Positions 19,023-26,621 of a DNA stretch of 32,000 nt are shown here, one piece after another; the first letter of the stretch is position 1; every line of letters starts with the position of its first letter. Location of the stretch: contig NC_003272.1 in NCBI RefSeq assembly GCF_000009705.1, positions 6,150,001 to 6,182,000 of the forward strand, written 5' to 3'. Under the pieces are notes generated by a model. It ran no database searches, had not been told where the DNA came from, and saw nothing but the letters and a program-made list of their open reading frames with translations. The position numbers and the translations under genes are program-made. This DNA is from Nostoc sp. PCC 7120 = FACHB-418 (GTDB lineage: Bacteria; Cyanobacteriota; Cyanobacteriia; Cyanobacteriales; Nostocaceae).

Positions 19023-21920
19023 CTAATTGCAAATTATTCTGTTGAGTAAGGTAATGACACGCTGCTCAAATTCTTGGGGGTTAATGCGTCCTTTAGTGAG
19101 AAACAATGTTTGCCCTAATTTTAATCTTTGGCGATCGCTCTCATCTAAATCGCGGGCTGTGTAAACTACTAAAGGTACATGATACAAACGCTGATACTGC
19201 CGTAACCAGTCCACCACGGCAAAACCATCGCATTCGGGTAATCCCAAATCTAGTACCAAAAAGTCAGGAATGATATTTTGACTAATTTGAATGGCTTCTC
19301 GTCCTGTTTGAGCATAGAAGGTAGAAATACCATGACGATTGAACATAGCAATCAATACTTGTGCTAAATCTGGGTCATCTTCTACAACTAGTACTTTGAT
19401 GACTTGTTGCTTGGTGGTGGCTTTTTCTAAAGCTTGGCATAACAACTTCACGTCGGGAGGTTTGATAATCCAATCACTAACATCATGGGGAAGTTCTTTA
19501 CTATGATCAGGTATGACACCACTAAGAATAATTACGGGAACGTCTTTAGTTTCTTGCTGCTGTTTTAGCAGTGCTAATGTTTCCCAACCATCAATCTCTG
19601 GCATCATGAGATTGAGAATAATTGCATCAGGTTGGTTGACTTTCGCCTTTTCTACAGCTTCTTTTCCTGATGCTACGGTCATGACTCGATAACCTTGCTT
19701 TTCGAGGATGACTTGCACAACAGCCCGCACGGAAAGATCATCATCGCAATGCAATATCAGAGGAGAGATTGATTCAGTGGGTTGCTGAGGTGCGGCGTGG
19801 GAAAGATGGAGAAACTCTTCCTCTTTATTCTGCTCTTCTGGAAAAATTGGCAAGGTAAAAGAGAAGGTACTGCCCTCGCCCGAAGTGCTTTCAGCCCAGA
19901 TTTGTCCTCCATGATGCTGCAAAATGCTGCGACAGATAGCCAAGCCTAAACCTGTGCCACCTTTTTTACGAGAATCGGAGGCATCGACTTGCCCAAAACG
20001 CTCAAAGATAGATTCCAGTTTATCAGCCGGAATACCCCGACCTTGGTCTTTGACTGCAAACAGGATAATAGGGGTATGGGGGTATAGGGGTATAGGGGTT
20101 TGGGGGTATAGGGGTATAGGGGTTTGGGATTTTTCTAATTCCCCTTTTTCGAGAATTTTAGCAGTCACCCAAACTGTGGCACCAGTAGGGGAGAATTTAA
20201 TCGCATTGCTGATGAGGTTAGTAAATACTTGGATGATGCGATCAGAATCTGCCCAGAGATGAGCCGATAGAGGTGACATTGATAATTGTATTCCCGCTTG
20301 CTCTGCTAATTCCTCCATAACTTCTACTGATTGGGTCATTAAGTCGGCAGCATTGCAAGCTTGGGGGGCAATTTGGATTTTTCCCGACTCAATGCGTTCA
20401 ATATCTAGGATGTCATTGATCAGACGCACCAATCTATCAGTATTATTAGCGGCTATGTTCAGCATCCTTTGGGCATCTTCAGAACCTGCCGGCACCACTC
20501 CACTAGCTAATAAGTCTAAAGCCCCGGAAATGGAAGTTAAGGGGGTGCGTAATTCGTGACTGACGACAGAGACAAATTCATCTTTGAGACGTTCGACTTC
20601 ACGGCGATCGCTGATATCTTTCATAAAGCAATAATGGCCTATACATTCCTGCTGTTGGTTATAGGCTTTGACCATTACTACTTGTTTATAAAAGGCTGAA
20701 CCATCTTTACGCATGGCTCTAGCTTCGATTTCTACCTTGCCGTTTTTCAGCATTTGGTGATAGGCAGCCATCATTTTTTCTTTGTCATCTGGATGGACAG
20801 TTAATGCCCACTCCATACCAATCATTTCTTCTGGTTTGTAGCCAGTTATTTTGGCATAGGCTGGATTTACTTTGATGTAATGTCCCTGAGTATCTAACTG
20901 AGAGATACCTTCCACAGCGCTTTCCAAGGCTTGGCTGAGGTGAAGCAGTTCTTCTTCTGCTCGTTTGCGATCGTTAATATCCGTCATTGTGCCAATGTAT
21001 CCTGTCACCTCTCCATTACTTCCTCTTTCGGGGATTGCTTGGTAAATCACCCAGTTAATGACGTTATTGGGATGGCGAAAACGATACTCTGCTTTAAACG
21101 GTAAATTTTGTTGTACTGCTTGATTCCATTCCCTCACAATACGCAGGCGATCGTCTGGATGCAAGGATTGTATCCAGCCTTCACCCAATATGTCTTTGAG
21201 AGGTGAACCAATTAAATTGCAAGCTCTTTCATTGGCAAAAATGCACCGCCCAAAAGCATCATTACGAAAAATTCCGACTGGTGCAGTTTGCGCCAGGGTG
21301 GCGTAACGATATTCGCTTTCTCGTAGAGCTGCTTCTGCTGCCTTGCGTGCAGTAATATCACTACCAATACCCAGAAAACCCGTAATATTTTTCTCTGCAT
21401 CATACAAAGGTGTAACAGATAGCAGCACTGGGAAACGCGAACCATCTTTACGAATGTAAGTCCATTCCCGTTCTTCCACCTGTCCCAGTCGTGCTTTAGC
21501 CACAAAAGCCTCAAATCCAGGTTCAATGGTTACCCCTAATTCTTGAGATAGTTCTTGTGCCACTTTCACGACTTCATTTTTGTCGTGGATCATCTCTGGG
21601 GTTTTTTTACCAATCACTTCTTCGGCGGTGTATCCCAGCCATCGCTGTGCAGCCGCATTAAATGTCAGAATTATGCCGTCTGGTGTGGTGGAAATAATTG
21701 TGTAATTGGCACTGTTTAAAATTGCCTGTTGCAATTTTTGATTTGTTACTTCTAACTGTACTTGGCTAGGAAATTTCCCAGCTTTTGCAATTAGTTTCAC
21801 ACATATAAACGCTGTATACAGAGAAATGATGGCTGTAATCGTTTTGATGACTCCAGATAACCAATCATGAGGATGCCAATAAGGGACTGAGATAAAAAAT
21901 GTATATAATAATTCGGACAT
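19023..21920 (-). CDS. Hybrid sensor histidine kinase: one TM helix, several PAS/PAC domains, HisKA, HATPase_c and two receiver domains
   Basis: The kinase boxes are H-box VSHELRTPL, N-box NLISNAIKFS, G1 DQGRGI and G2 GGTGLGLAI. The PAS-PAC signatures are repeated. REC1 has Asn at the acceptor position (AIILNLMMPEIDG). REC2 is canonical (FLVLDLGLPECDG). Confidence 0.9.
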   Translation of the reverse strand: MSELLYTFFISVPYWHPHDWLSGVIKTITAIISLYTAFICVKLIAKAGKFPSQVQLEVTNQKLQQAILNSANYTIISTTPDGIILTFNAAAQRWLGYTAEEVIGKKTPEMIHDKNEVVKVAQELSQELGVTIEPGFEAFVAKARLGQVEEREWTYIRKDGSRFPVLLSVTPLYDAEKNITGFLGIGSDITARKAAEAALRESEYRYATLAQTAPVGIFRNDAFGRCIFANERACNLIGSPLKDILGEGWIQSLHPDDRLRIVREWNQAVQQNLPFKAEYRFRHPNNVINWVIYQAIPERGSNGEVTGYIGTMTDINDRKRAEEELLHLSQALESAVEGISQLDTQGHYIKVNPAYAKITGYKPEEMIGMEWALTVHPDDKEKMMAAYHQMLKNGKVEIEARAMRKDGSAFYKQVVMVKAYNQQQECIGHYCFMKDISDRREVERLKDEFVSVVSHELRTPLTSISGALDLLASGVVPAGSEDAQRMLNIAANNTDRLVRLINDILDIERIESGKIQIAPQACNAADLMTQSVEVMEELAEQAGIQLSMSPLSAHLWADSDRIIQVFTNLISNAIKFSPTGATVWVTAKILEKGELEKSQTPIPLYPQTPIPLYPHTPIILFAVKDQGRGIPADKLESIFERFGQVDASDSRKKGGTGLGLAICRSILQHHGGQIWAESTSGEGSTFSFTLPIFPEEQNKEEEFLHLSHAAPQQPTESISPLILHCDDDLSVRAVVQVILEKQGYRVMTVASGKEAVEKAKVNQPDAIILNLMMPEIDGWETLALLKQQQETKDVPVIILSGVIPDHSKELPHDVSDWIIKPPDVKLLCQALEKATTKQQVIKVLVVEDDPDLAQVLIAMFNRHGISTFYAQTGREAIQISQNIIPDFLVLDLGLPECDGFAVVDWLRQYQRLYHVPLVVYTARDLDESDRQRLKLGQTLFLTKGRINPQEFEQRVITLLNRIICN
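20068..20128. repeat. In-frame tandem repeat (24-nt unit x2 plus partial copies, built from an AGGGGTAT-type octamer) inside the kinase gene
   Basis: GGGGGTATAGGGGTATAGGGGTTT occurs at 20078-20101 and again at 20102-20125. On the coding strand this gives QTPIPLYP QTPIPLYP HTPII, between the N-box and G1-box. Confidence 0.9.
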
Positions 21921-21927
21921 ATAGCTG

Positions 21928-21955
21928 TTGACGGTTGACGGTTGACGGTTGACAG
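21928..21955. repeat. STRR array (TTGACGG x3 + TTGACAG) abutting the kinase start codon
   Basis: The perfect heptamer array ends 8 nt upstream of ATG 21920 on the coding strand. Confidence 0.85.
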
Positions 21956-22089
21956 ACTTGAAAGCCTTGTGTTGTCAGGGTTTTATATTGCCTTGATGTC
22001 CTAATCTATCTGGCTACGGCTATATGTTCTCCTAGAAAAGGGAGTGGAGAATGGGGAATAAAAATTTTTTCTCCTGTTCCTTACCTGAT

Positions 22090-23895
22090 TCAACTACTCA
22101 ACACCCGATTTCTTCCAGTTGCCTTTGATTGGTGAAGAACTATGTCAGCAGCTTGATATAGCACTTCAAGTTTGTCGCCATCTTGGGGATATTCCACTAC
22201 TGCGGCGCTCAAGGTGGCGTGGAATGATTGATTACTTGTATTAATAAATTCAATTTGCCGGAAAGTTTTCAGTAATTCCCCTAGCCGCCTTACCCCTTCA
22301 CCTTTGGTTATTCCTGCCATTCCTAAGATAAACTCTGTGCCTCCCCAGCGTCCGACTACATCTTGACTATGGAACATTTGCCTTAACAGTTCGCCCAGTT
22401 GAGATAAGACGCGATCGCCTATTTCATGACCATAGTTATAATTAATTTGCTTGAGTCCATCCAGTTTTACAACAGCGAAGCTCAGGGTTTGCTGGTGAGT
22501 ATGACACCACTGAAGGTAATGGTTTAATTCCTGGGTGGATTTACGGCGATTAGCTACCAAGGTCAGCGTATCTATTTCTGCTAAATTCCCTAACCTCGCT
22601 GCCAAAAATCCCTGGGGATGAGGGAGAGTATAGACTTTGATGCCCCAAGCACTGAGTAAAGTCTGGAGTGTAGTTAATATTTGCGGGTCATCGTCTACAA
22701 TCATCACTCTGGCATCTGTTAATTGCCCAGGGGCGATCGCCTCTGAACCCTGACTCCTGCTCTCCCTGACTAATTCCTGGTCTTGATCAATAACTAGTAC
22801 CAAGGGGCGATCGTCTGCTTTTGTTTCAACTACTGATAGTTCTGTTTTATACCCAGATTTTAAATTTTCTAATTCTTGGTGTAATGCCTCAACCACTTGC
22901 CCCAAATGCTTCCCACCTGAAGCTTTCAGCTTTTTGCCATTATCTAACAAAGATTCTATTTCTTGTGCTATCTGGGAACCCTCATCAGAGCCGAACATTC
23001 CCAAAGAACCAGCTAATTTGTGAGCTTCTACCTTGGCTTTTGACAGTATTTCCTCACTGACTTTGTTCTGTAGCAGTTTATGAGAAGCTTGTTCAATTAC
23101 GGCTACGCGCTGTTCTATTTTCTCTACTACATCTTCCCAGACTTTTCTTACCTCATTCTCGACCGGATTGGCGATCGCAGCGACAACTTTTTCAGTATTT
23201 AATTCTTCTTCTCTTCCTGGTTGCACCGGTTTGAGCCGATACCCAATCCCATAAACTGTATCAATGGGATCTTCAACTACTCCGGCTGCTTTCAGCTTTT
23301 GCCTCAATCCCTTGATATGGGATCTCACTGTATCTTCTGTTGGTGGTTCTTCAAATGACCACAATTGGTCTATTAAAGCGCTACAACTAAAAATGCGGTG
23401 ACTATTGCGGAGAAACAGTTCTAGCAAACCGTATTCTTTAGGAGTTAAATGTAAGAGTTTTCCATCACAAGCGACTTCACAAGTACTTGGGTCAAGCCGG
23501 AGGTTATTCCATTCCAACAGAGGCGGTAAAGCTGAACCACCCCGACGTAATAAAGCCCGAATTCTAGCTAATAACTCTTGAAAATCAAAAGGTTTTGCCA
23601 CATAATCATCTGCTCCAGCGTCTAAGCCTGTAACCTTAGTGATACTTGTATCTTGGGAGGTTAACAGGAGAATAGGAGTTTGATTACCACTAGCTCGTAA
23701 CTGCCGACAGAAACTAATTCCATCCAGCTTAGGCAAGATCAAATCTAACAGAATCAAATCATAAGTATATAACTCCGCAAAATCCCAGCCTTCTTGTCCG
23801 TCTTTGGCGAAATCAACAGTATAATGCTGACTTGTTAGCGACTTAACAAGTAATTCGCCAATCAGTTCGTCATCTTCTACTAATAAAATTCTCAT
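22090..23895 (-). CDS. Multidomain regulator: REC, OmpR-type winged helix, HPt, vestigial REC and a degenerate GGDEF
   Basis: REC contains LILLDLILPKLDG, with the acceptor at D51. The winged helix contains LTPKEYGLLELF...YGIGYRL. HPt contains EAH292KLAGSLGMFG. A short receiver remnant (VMIVDDDPQIL...IKVYTL) follows. The GGDEF domain contains DTLTLVANRR...GRWGGTEFILG. Confidence 0.85.
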   Translation of the reverse strand: MRILLVEDDELIGELLVKSLTSQHYTVDFAKDGQEGWDFAELYTYDLILLDLILPKLDGISFCRQLRASGNQTPILLLTSQDTSITKVTGLDAGADDYVAKPFDFQELLARIRALLRRGGSALPPLLEWNNLRLDPSTCEVACDGKLLHLTPKEYGLLELFLRNSHRIFSCSALIDQLWSFEEPPTEDTVRSHIKGLRQKLKAAGVVEDPIDTVYGIGYRLKPVQPGREEELNTEKVVAAIANPVENEVRKVWEDVVEKIEQRVAVIEQASHKLLQNKVSEEILSKAKVEAHKLAGSLGMFGSDEGSQIAQEIESLLDNGKKLKASGGKHLGQVVEALHQELENLKSGYKTELSVVETKADDRPLVLVIDQDQELVRESRSQGSEAIAPGQLTDARVMIVDDDPQILTTLQTLLSAWGIKVYTLPHPQGFLAARLGNLAEIDTLTLVANRRKSTQELNHYLQWCHTHQQTLSFAVVKLDGLKQINYNYGHEIGDRVLSQLGELLRQMFHSQDVVGRWGGTEFILGMAGITKGEGVRRLGELLKTFRQIEFINTSNQSFHATLSAAVVEYPQDGDKLEVLYQAADIVLHQSKATGRNRVLSS

Positions 23896-24104
23896 GGCGG
23901 TAAATCACCGCAATTACGACTTATTATTAATTGCCAAAAATAAATAATTGGATACAAAATCTGTTTAAAAATCACACTCTAAGGCTAACTTATATCAAAG
24001 CAGTAATTTTGCTTGCCTTCGTAAATATAAACATTTAATTTATGATTACCATGATTGACAAACTACTGGTATAAGACTCATGCTTGATTTTTGAAATATA
24101 CGTA

Positions 24105-24197
24105 GGGGAGCCACTGCGTTGGACGAAGAGAAGTCTGAACAGAGGAATCCTACGATCAGAACTTCGGGGTTTCCCGGCTTGGAGCAAGTGGCGTTGG
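24105..24197 (-). repeat. Small dispersed repeat units, an inverted copy of the family at 15673-15768
   Basis: The reverse complements of GGGGAGCCACTGCGTTGG (24105-24122) and GGGGTTTCCCGGCTTGGAGCAAGTGGCGTTGG (24166-24197) match CCACCGCAGTGGCTCCCC and CCAACGCCACTTG...CAAGTCGGGAAACCCC in the 15.7-kb block. Confidence 0.6.
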
Positions 24198-24620
24198 GTA
24201 ATGCCGACCAAAACCATGAGTCGGTACACTTTGCCTACCCTACAAATACTGAGAATTTTATGGGCAAGCGCAGGCTACGCCAACAGAAATCAAGTCGGAT
24301 TCCTGTATTACTTGTAGCTAAGGTCTCAGTATATTTTACTGAACATTTTCGCTGCAAAAAACATAACCTTTTTATTATCAATTAGTCTCAAAAACTTAAT
24401 TAATAATAAAAAACTCCACCCGCTTGTGGATGAAGTTTTTGTTATTGGTCAGTGGTCAATGGCAAAAATGTCTAAAAACCACCAATTCTTGGGATGGGGT
24501 ATTAAACCAGCAGATCCTTTCAACAACTGACACGCGTAAAGCCTTCGGCATAGCTCCGCGTTAAGCGGAGCGTCCCGCAGGGAAGCACAATAAAAAAGCT
24601 CCCAAACAAACGTTACTCGA

Positions 24621-25028
24621 TTAATTTTCCTGGTTTTGTTCTTGCAACTCATCATTTACCGGAGTTTCGGCTGTTAAGTAAAGATGAGTTGGAGTTTCAT
24701 CACCTAGAGGAAAAAATGATTTCTCTAACTCCAGTCGCTGTTCAACATTACGCAGGAAATACCCATCTACCATTGCAGCGCCTAAAAGCTGACTCAACTC
24801 TTCGCGGCTGGTAGTAATATTTGTGTTAAATTGCTCATGAGGTAAATTACCCAAAGTCGCCACAACAGCACGCTGAATTAATTGCAGGACTTCTCTTGAA
24901 CCAGGTTTAGATAACTGGGTAACAGTTTGAGGACTCATTGATTGTACATATTCCCACAGCCCATTATTGTTAAATGCTTCATTAGCAAAATCATCTGGAT
25001 TACGATGGGAATTTTCACTCATGGTCAC
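24621..25028 (-). CDS. DUF760 domain protein (second paralogue)
   Basis: SPQTVTQLSKPGSREVLQLIQRAVVATLGNLP...LSQLLGAAMVDGYFLRNVEQRLELE parallels the 13611..13955 protein. The ORF-track start is GTG at 25028, and ATG 25022 is an alternative. Confidence 0.75.
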   Translation of the reverse strand: MTMSENSHRNPDDFANEAFNNNGLWEYVQSMSPQTVTQLSKPGSREVLQLIQRAVVATLGNLPHEQFNTNITTSREELSQLLGAAMVDGYFLRNVEQRLELEKSFFPLGDETPTHLYLTAETPVNDELQEQNQEN

Positions 25029-25184
25029 TATCTCAAATGTTGCTCAACTATCCACTAATTTAGCAATTTAATTCTTATCTCCTCGTTCGCATAACCGAAC
25101 TTTTAAAGACAGGTTATCCTCCTATATAAAAAGTGAATAATAAATGCTGAGTAAGATATTCTCTCCTAACGCCTGTTTACTCGC

Positions 25185-25631
25185 CTAATCTCTGGCTATA
25201 ACGATATCGTTAGATTTAATTACAGCATAAGCTTCTGCACCCTCAGTTAGTTCTAGCTCCTCGGCTGACATTCTCGTGATAATCGAGGTTAGCTCAACTC
25301 GATGAACAATTTCTAATGTCACTTCGCTGTTAACAGAACCAACAACAACTTTTTTGATGACTCCTTTAAGAATATTACGGGAACTAACCTTAAAAGGTCT
25401 TTTGGTGCTAATAACTTCCAACTCAGATATTTCAGTCACCTCTGGTTCTATTTTGAGTGCCTGCTTGGTTGGTATTGATTTAGCCGTCGGCGCAGGCTGA
25501 TTGAGTCCACGCACAAGTTCTCGCAAAATCTCAGTTTTGGTACGCTGAGACTGCTGACAAACCTCTTCGAGAATCTTGCGCTCCTCTTCTGATGTTTGAA
25601 AAGTGATCCATCCTTGTTCTTTTCTTGGCAT
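25185..25631 (-). CDS. Ribbon-helix-helix (CopG-like) + TOBE/Mop molybdate-binding domain fusion; candidate Mo-responsive regulator
   Basis: The N-terminus GWITFQTSEEERKILEEVCQQSQRTKTEILRELVRGL fits a strand-helix-helix pattern. The C-terminus SSRNILKGVIKKVVVGSVNSEVTLEIV...AYAVIKSNDIVIA is a typical single TOBE/Mop domain. Confidence 0.7.
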   Translation of the reverse strand: MPRKEQGWITFQTSEEERKILEEVCQQSQRTKTEILRELVRGLNQPAPTAKSIPTKQALKIEPEVTEISELEVISTKRPFKVSSRNILKGVIKKVVVGSVNSEVTLEIVHRVELTSIITRMSAEELELTEGAEAYAVIKSNDIVIARD

Positions 25632-25636
25632 AATGT

Positions 25637-25653
25637 TACCAATTAGGTTGGTA
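25637..25653. promoter_or_regulatory. Inverted repeat TACCAA-N5-TTGGTA in the RHH-TOBE / modA divergent spacer (candidate operator)
   Basis: TACCAA is at 25637-25642 and TTGGTA at 25648-25653. A third TACCAA half-site is at 25681-25686. This is a pattern only. Confidence 0.25.
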
Positions 25654-25729
25654 CATATCGAAATTATCTAAGTACGATCCTACCAAGCCTCTATCCCTTG
25701 ATGCAGAGTCTAGATAAACACGATTTTCT

Positions 25730-26527
25730 ATGAAACGAAGAGACATCCTCGCCTTTGTTGTTACAGTACTTGCTGGCTGGGTTTTGGCAGTCGGTTTACC
25801 ATTGTTTACACCTGCTCCAGTCGTAGCGCAATCAAACGTTAATTTGCTTGTGTCTGCGGCTGCAAGTTTGAAAGACGCACTGGAAGAAATTAAGCCCCTG
25901 TATCAACAGAGTAAACCAAATGTCAACATTAGCTATAATTTTGGTGCATCTGGCGCTTTGCAGCAGCAAATTGAAAACGGTGCGCCAGCCGATATTTTTA
26001 TTTCAGCAGCTAAAAGACAAGTAGATACTTTAGAGCAGAAAAGACTCCTCGTCCCAGGTACAAGAGGTGTTTTAGCAAAAAACCGCCTGGTCTTAGTTGT
26101 GCCGAAGAATGCAACTGGTGTTACCAGTTTCTTTAGTTTAAGAAATGACCAAATTAAGCGAATTGCTATTGGTGAACCTAGAAGTGTGCCGGCTGGACAA
26201 TATGCAGAACAAGTTTTGCAGCAGTTAAAGTTGTTGCCTAGTGTCAAGTCAAAATTAGTCTACGCTAATAATGTACGTCAAGTTTTAGCATCTGTAGAAA
26301 GTGGCAATGCTGATGCAGGTTTGGTTTACGCCACTGATGCCAAAATTTCTGACAAAGTGAAAGTTGTAGTTGCGGCTGATGAAAAATACCACTCTCCCAT
26401 TATTTATCCCTTAGCTGTAGTGAAAAGTAGCAGAAATGTTAACGCGGCGAAGGATTTTACCCAATACTTAACTACTAGTAGCCAAGTGAAAGCTGTATTA
26501 AGAAAATACGGGTTTATTTTGCCTTAA
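25730..26527 (+). CDS. modA: Molybdate ABC transporter substrate-binding protein
   Basis: It has a signal peptide, then LLVSAAASLKDALEEIKPLY...YNFGASGALQQQIENGAPADIFISAA, the ModA anion-binding signature. Confidence 0.85.
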   Translation: MKRRDILAFVVTVLAGWVLAVGLPLFTPAPVVAQSNVNLLVSAAASLKDALEEIKPLYQQSKPNVNISYNFGASGALQQQIENGAPADIFISAAKRQVDTLEQKRLLVPGTRGVLAKNRLVLVVPKNATGVTSFFSLRNDQIKRIAIGEPRSVPAGQYAEQVLQQLKLLPSVKSKLVYANNVRQVLASVESGNADAGLVYATDAKISDKVKVVVAADEKYHSPIIYPLAVVKSSRNVNAAKDFTQYLTTSSQVKAVLRKYGFILP

Positions 26528-26528
26528 G

Positions 26529-26610
26529 GGTCATTAGTCAGTTGTCAGTTGTTGAGAGAATTTGGCCTAATTGACAGTTGATGGTTGACATTTAACCGTC
26601 AACTGTTAAC
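26529..26610. repeat. STRR heptamers and a hairpin between the convergent modA and O-methyltransferase genes
   Basis: GGTCATT AGTCAGT TGTCAGT TGTTGAG, then TTGACAG TTGATGG TTGACAT. GTTGAC...GTCAAC can form a stem at 26584-26604. Confidence 0.6.
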
Positions 26611-26621
26611 AAAACATACAA

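Noticed and set aside
21780-22089. Idea that the hybrid kinase is N-terminally truncated (its single TM helix, WLSGVIKTITAIISLYTAFICVKLI, resembles the last helix of multi-TM sensor domains)
   Set aside because: This rests only on a remembered resemblance. The upstream 170 bp has an in-frame TGA 19 codons before the ATG, and I saw no recognisable coding remnant. It cannot be supported without an alignment.
18209-23060. Short ORFs overlapping the signalling genes (18209..18412, 18742..18981, 19924..20262, 20353..20559, 21212..21526, 22821..23060)
   Set aside because: All are antisense or out of frame within long domain-rich CDSs. 19924..20262 merely translates the tandem repeat on the opposite strand.
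24407-24440. A-run / interrupted stem / T-run (AAAAAACTCCAC-CCGCTT-GTGGATGAAGTTTTT) as a bidirectional terminator or sRNA end
   Set aside because: The stem is short, AT-rich and bulged, and I found no convincing promoter for an sRNA upstream. It may terminate the DUF760 transcript, but it is too weak to annotate.
24035-24655. ORFs 24035..24229(-), 24084..24317(+), 24119..24385(+) and 24449..24655(-) in the long spacer
   Set aside because: They run through dispersed-repeat units and hairpins (for example GCTCCGC-GTTAA-GCGGAGC at about 24553-24571). The products are Arg/Ser/Leu-rich nonsense, and the mutually overlapping frames argue against coding.
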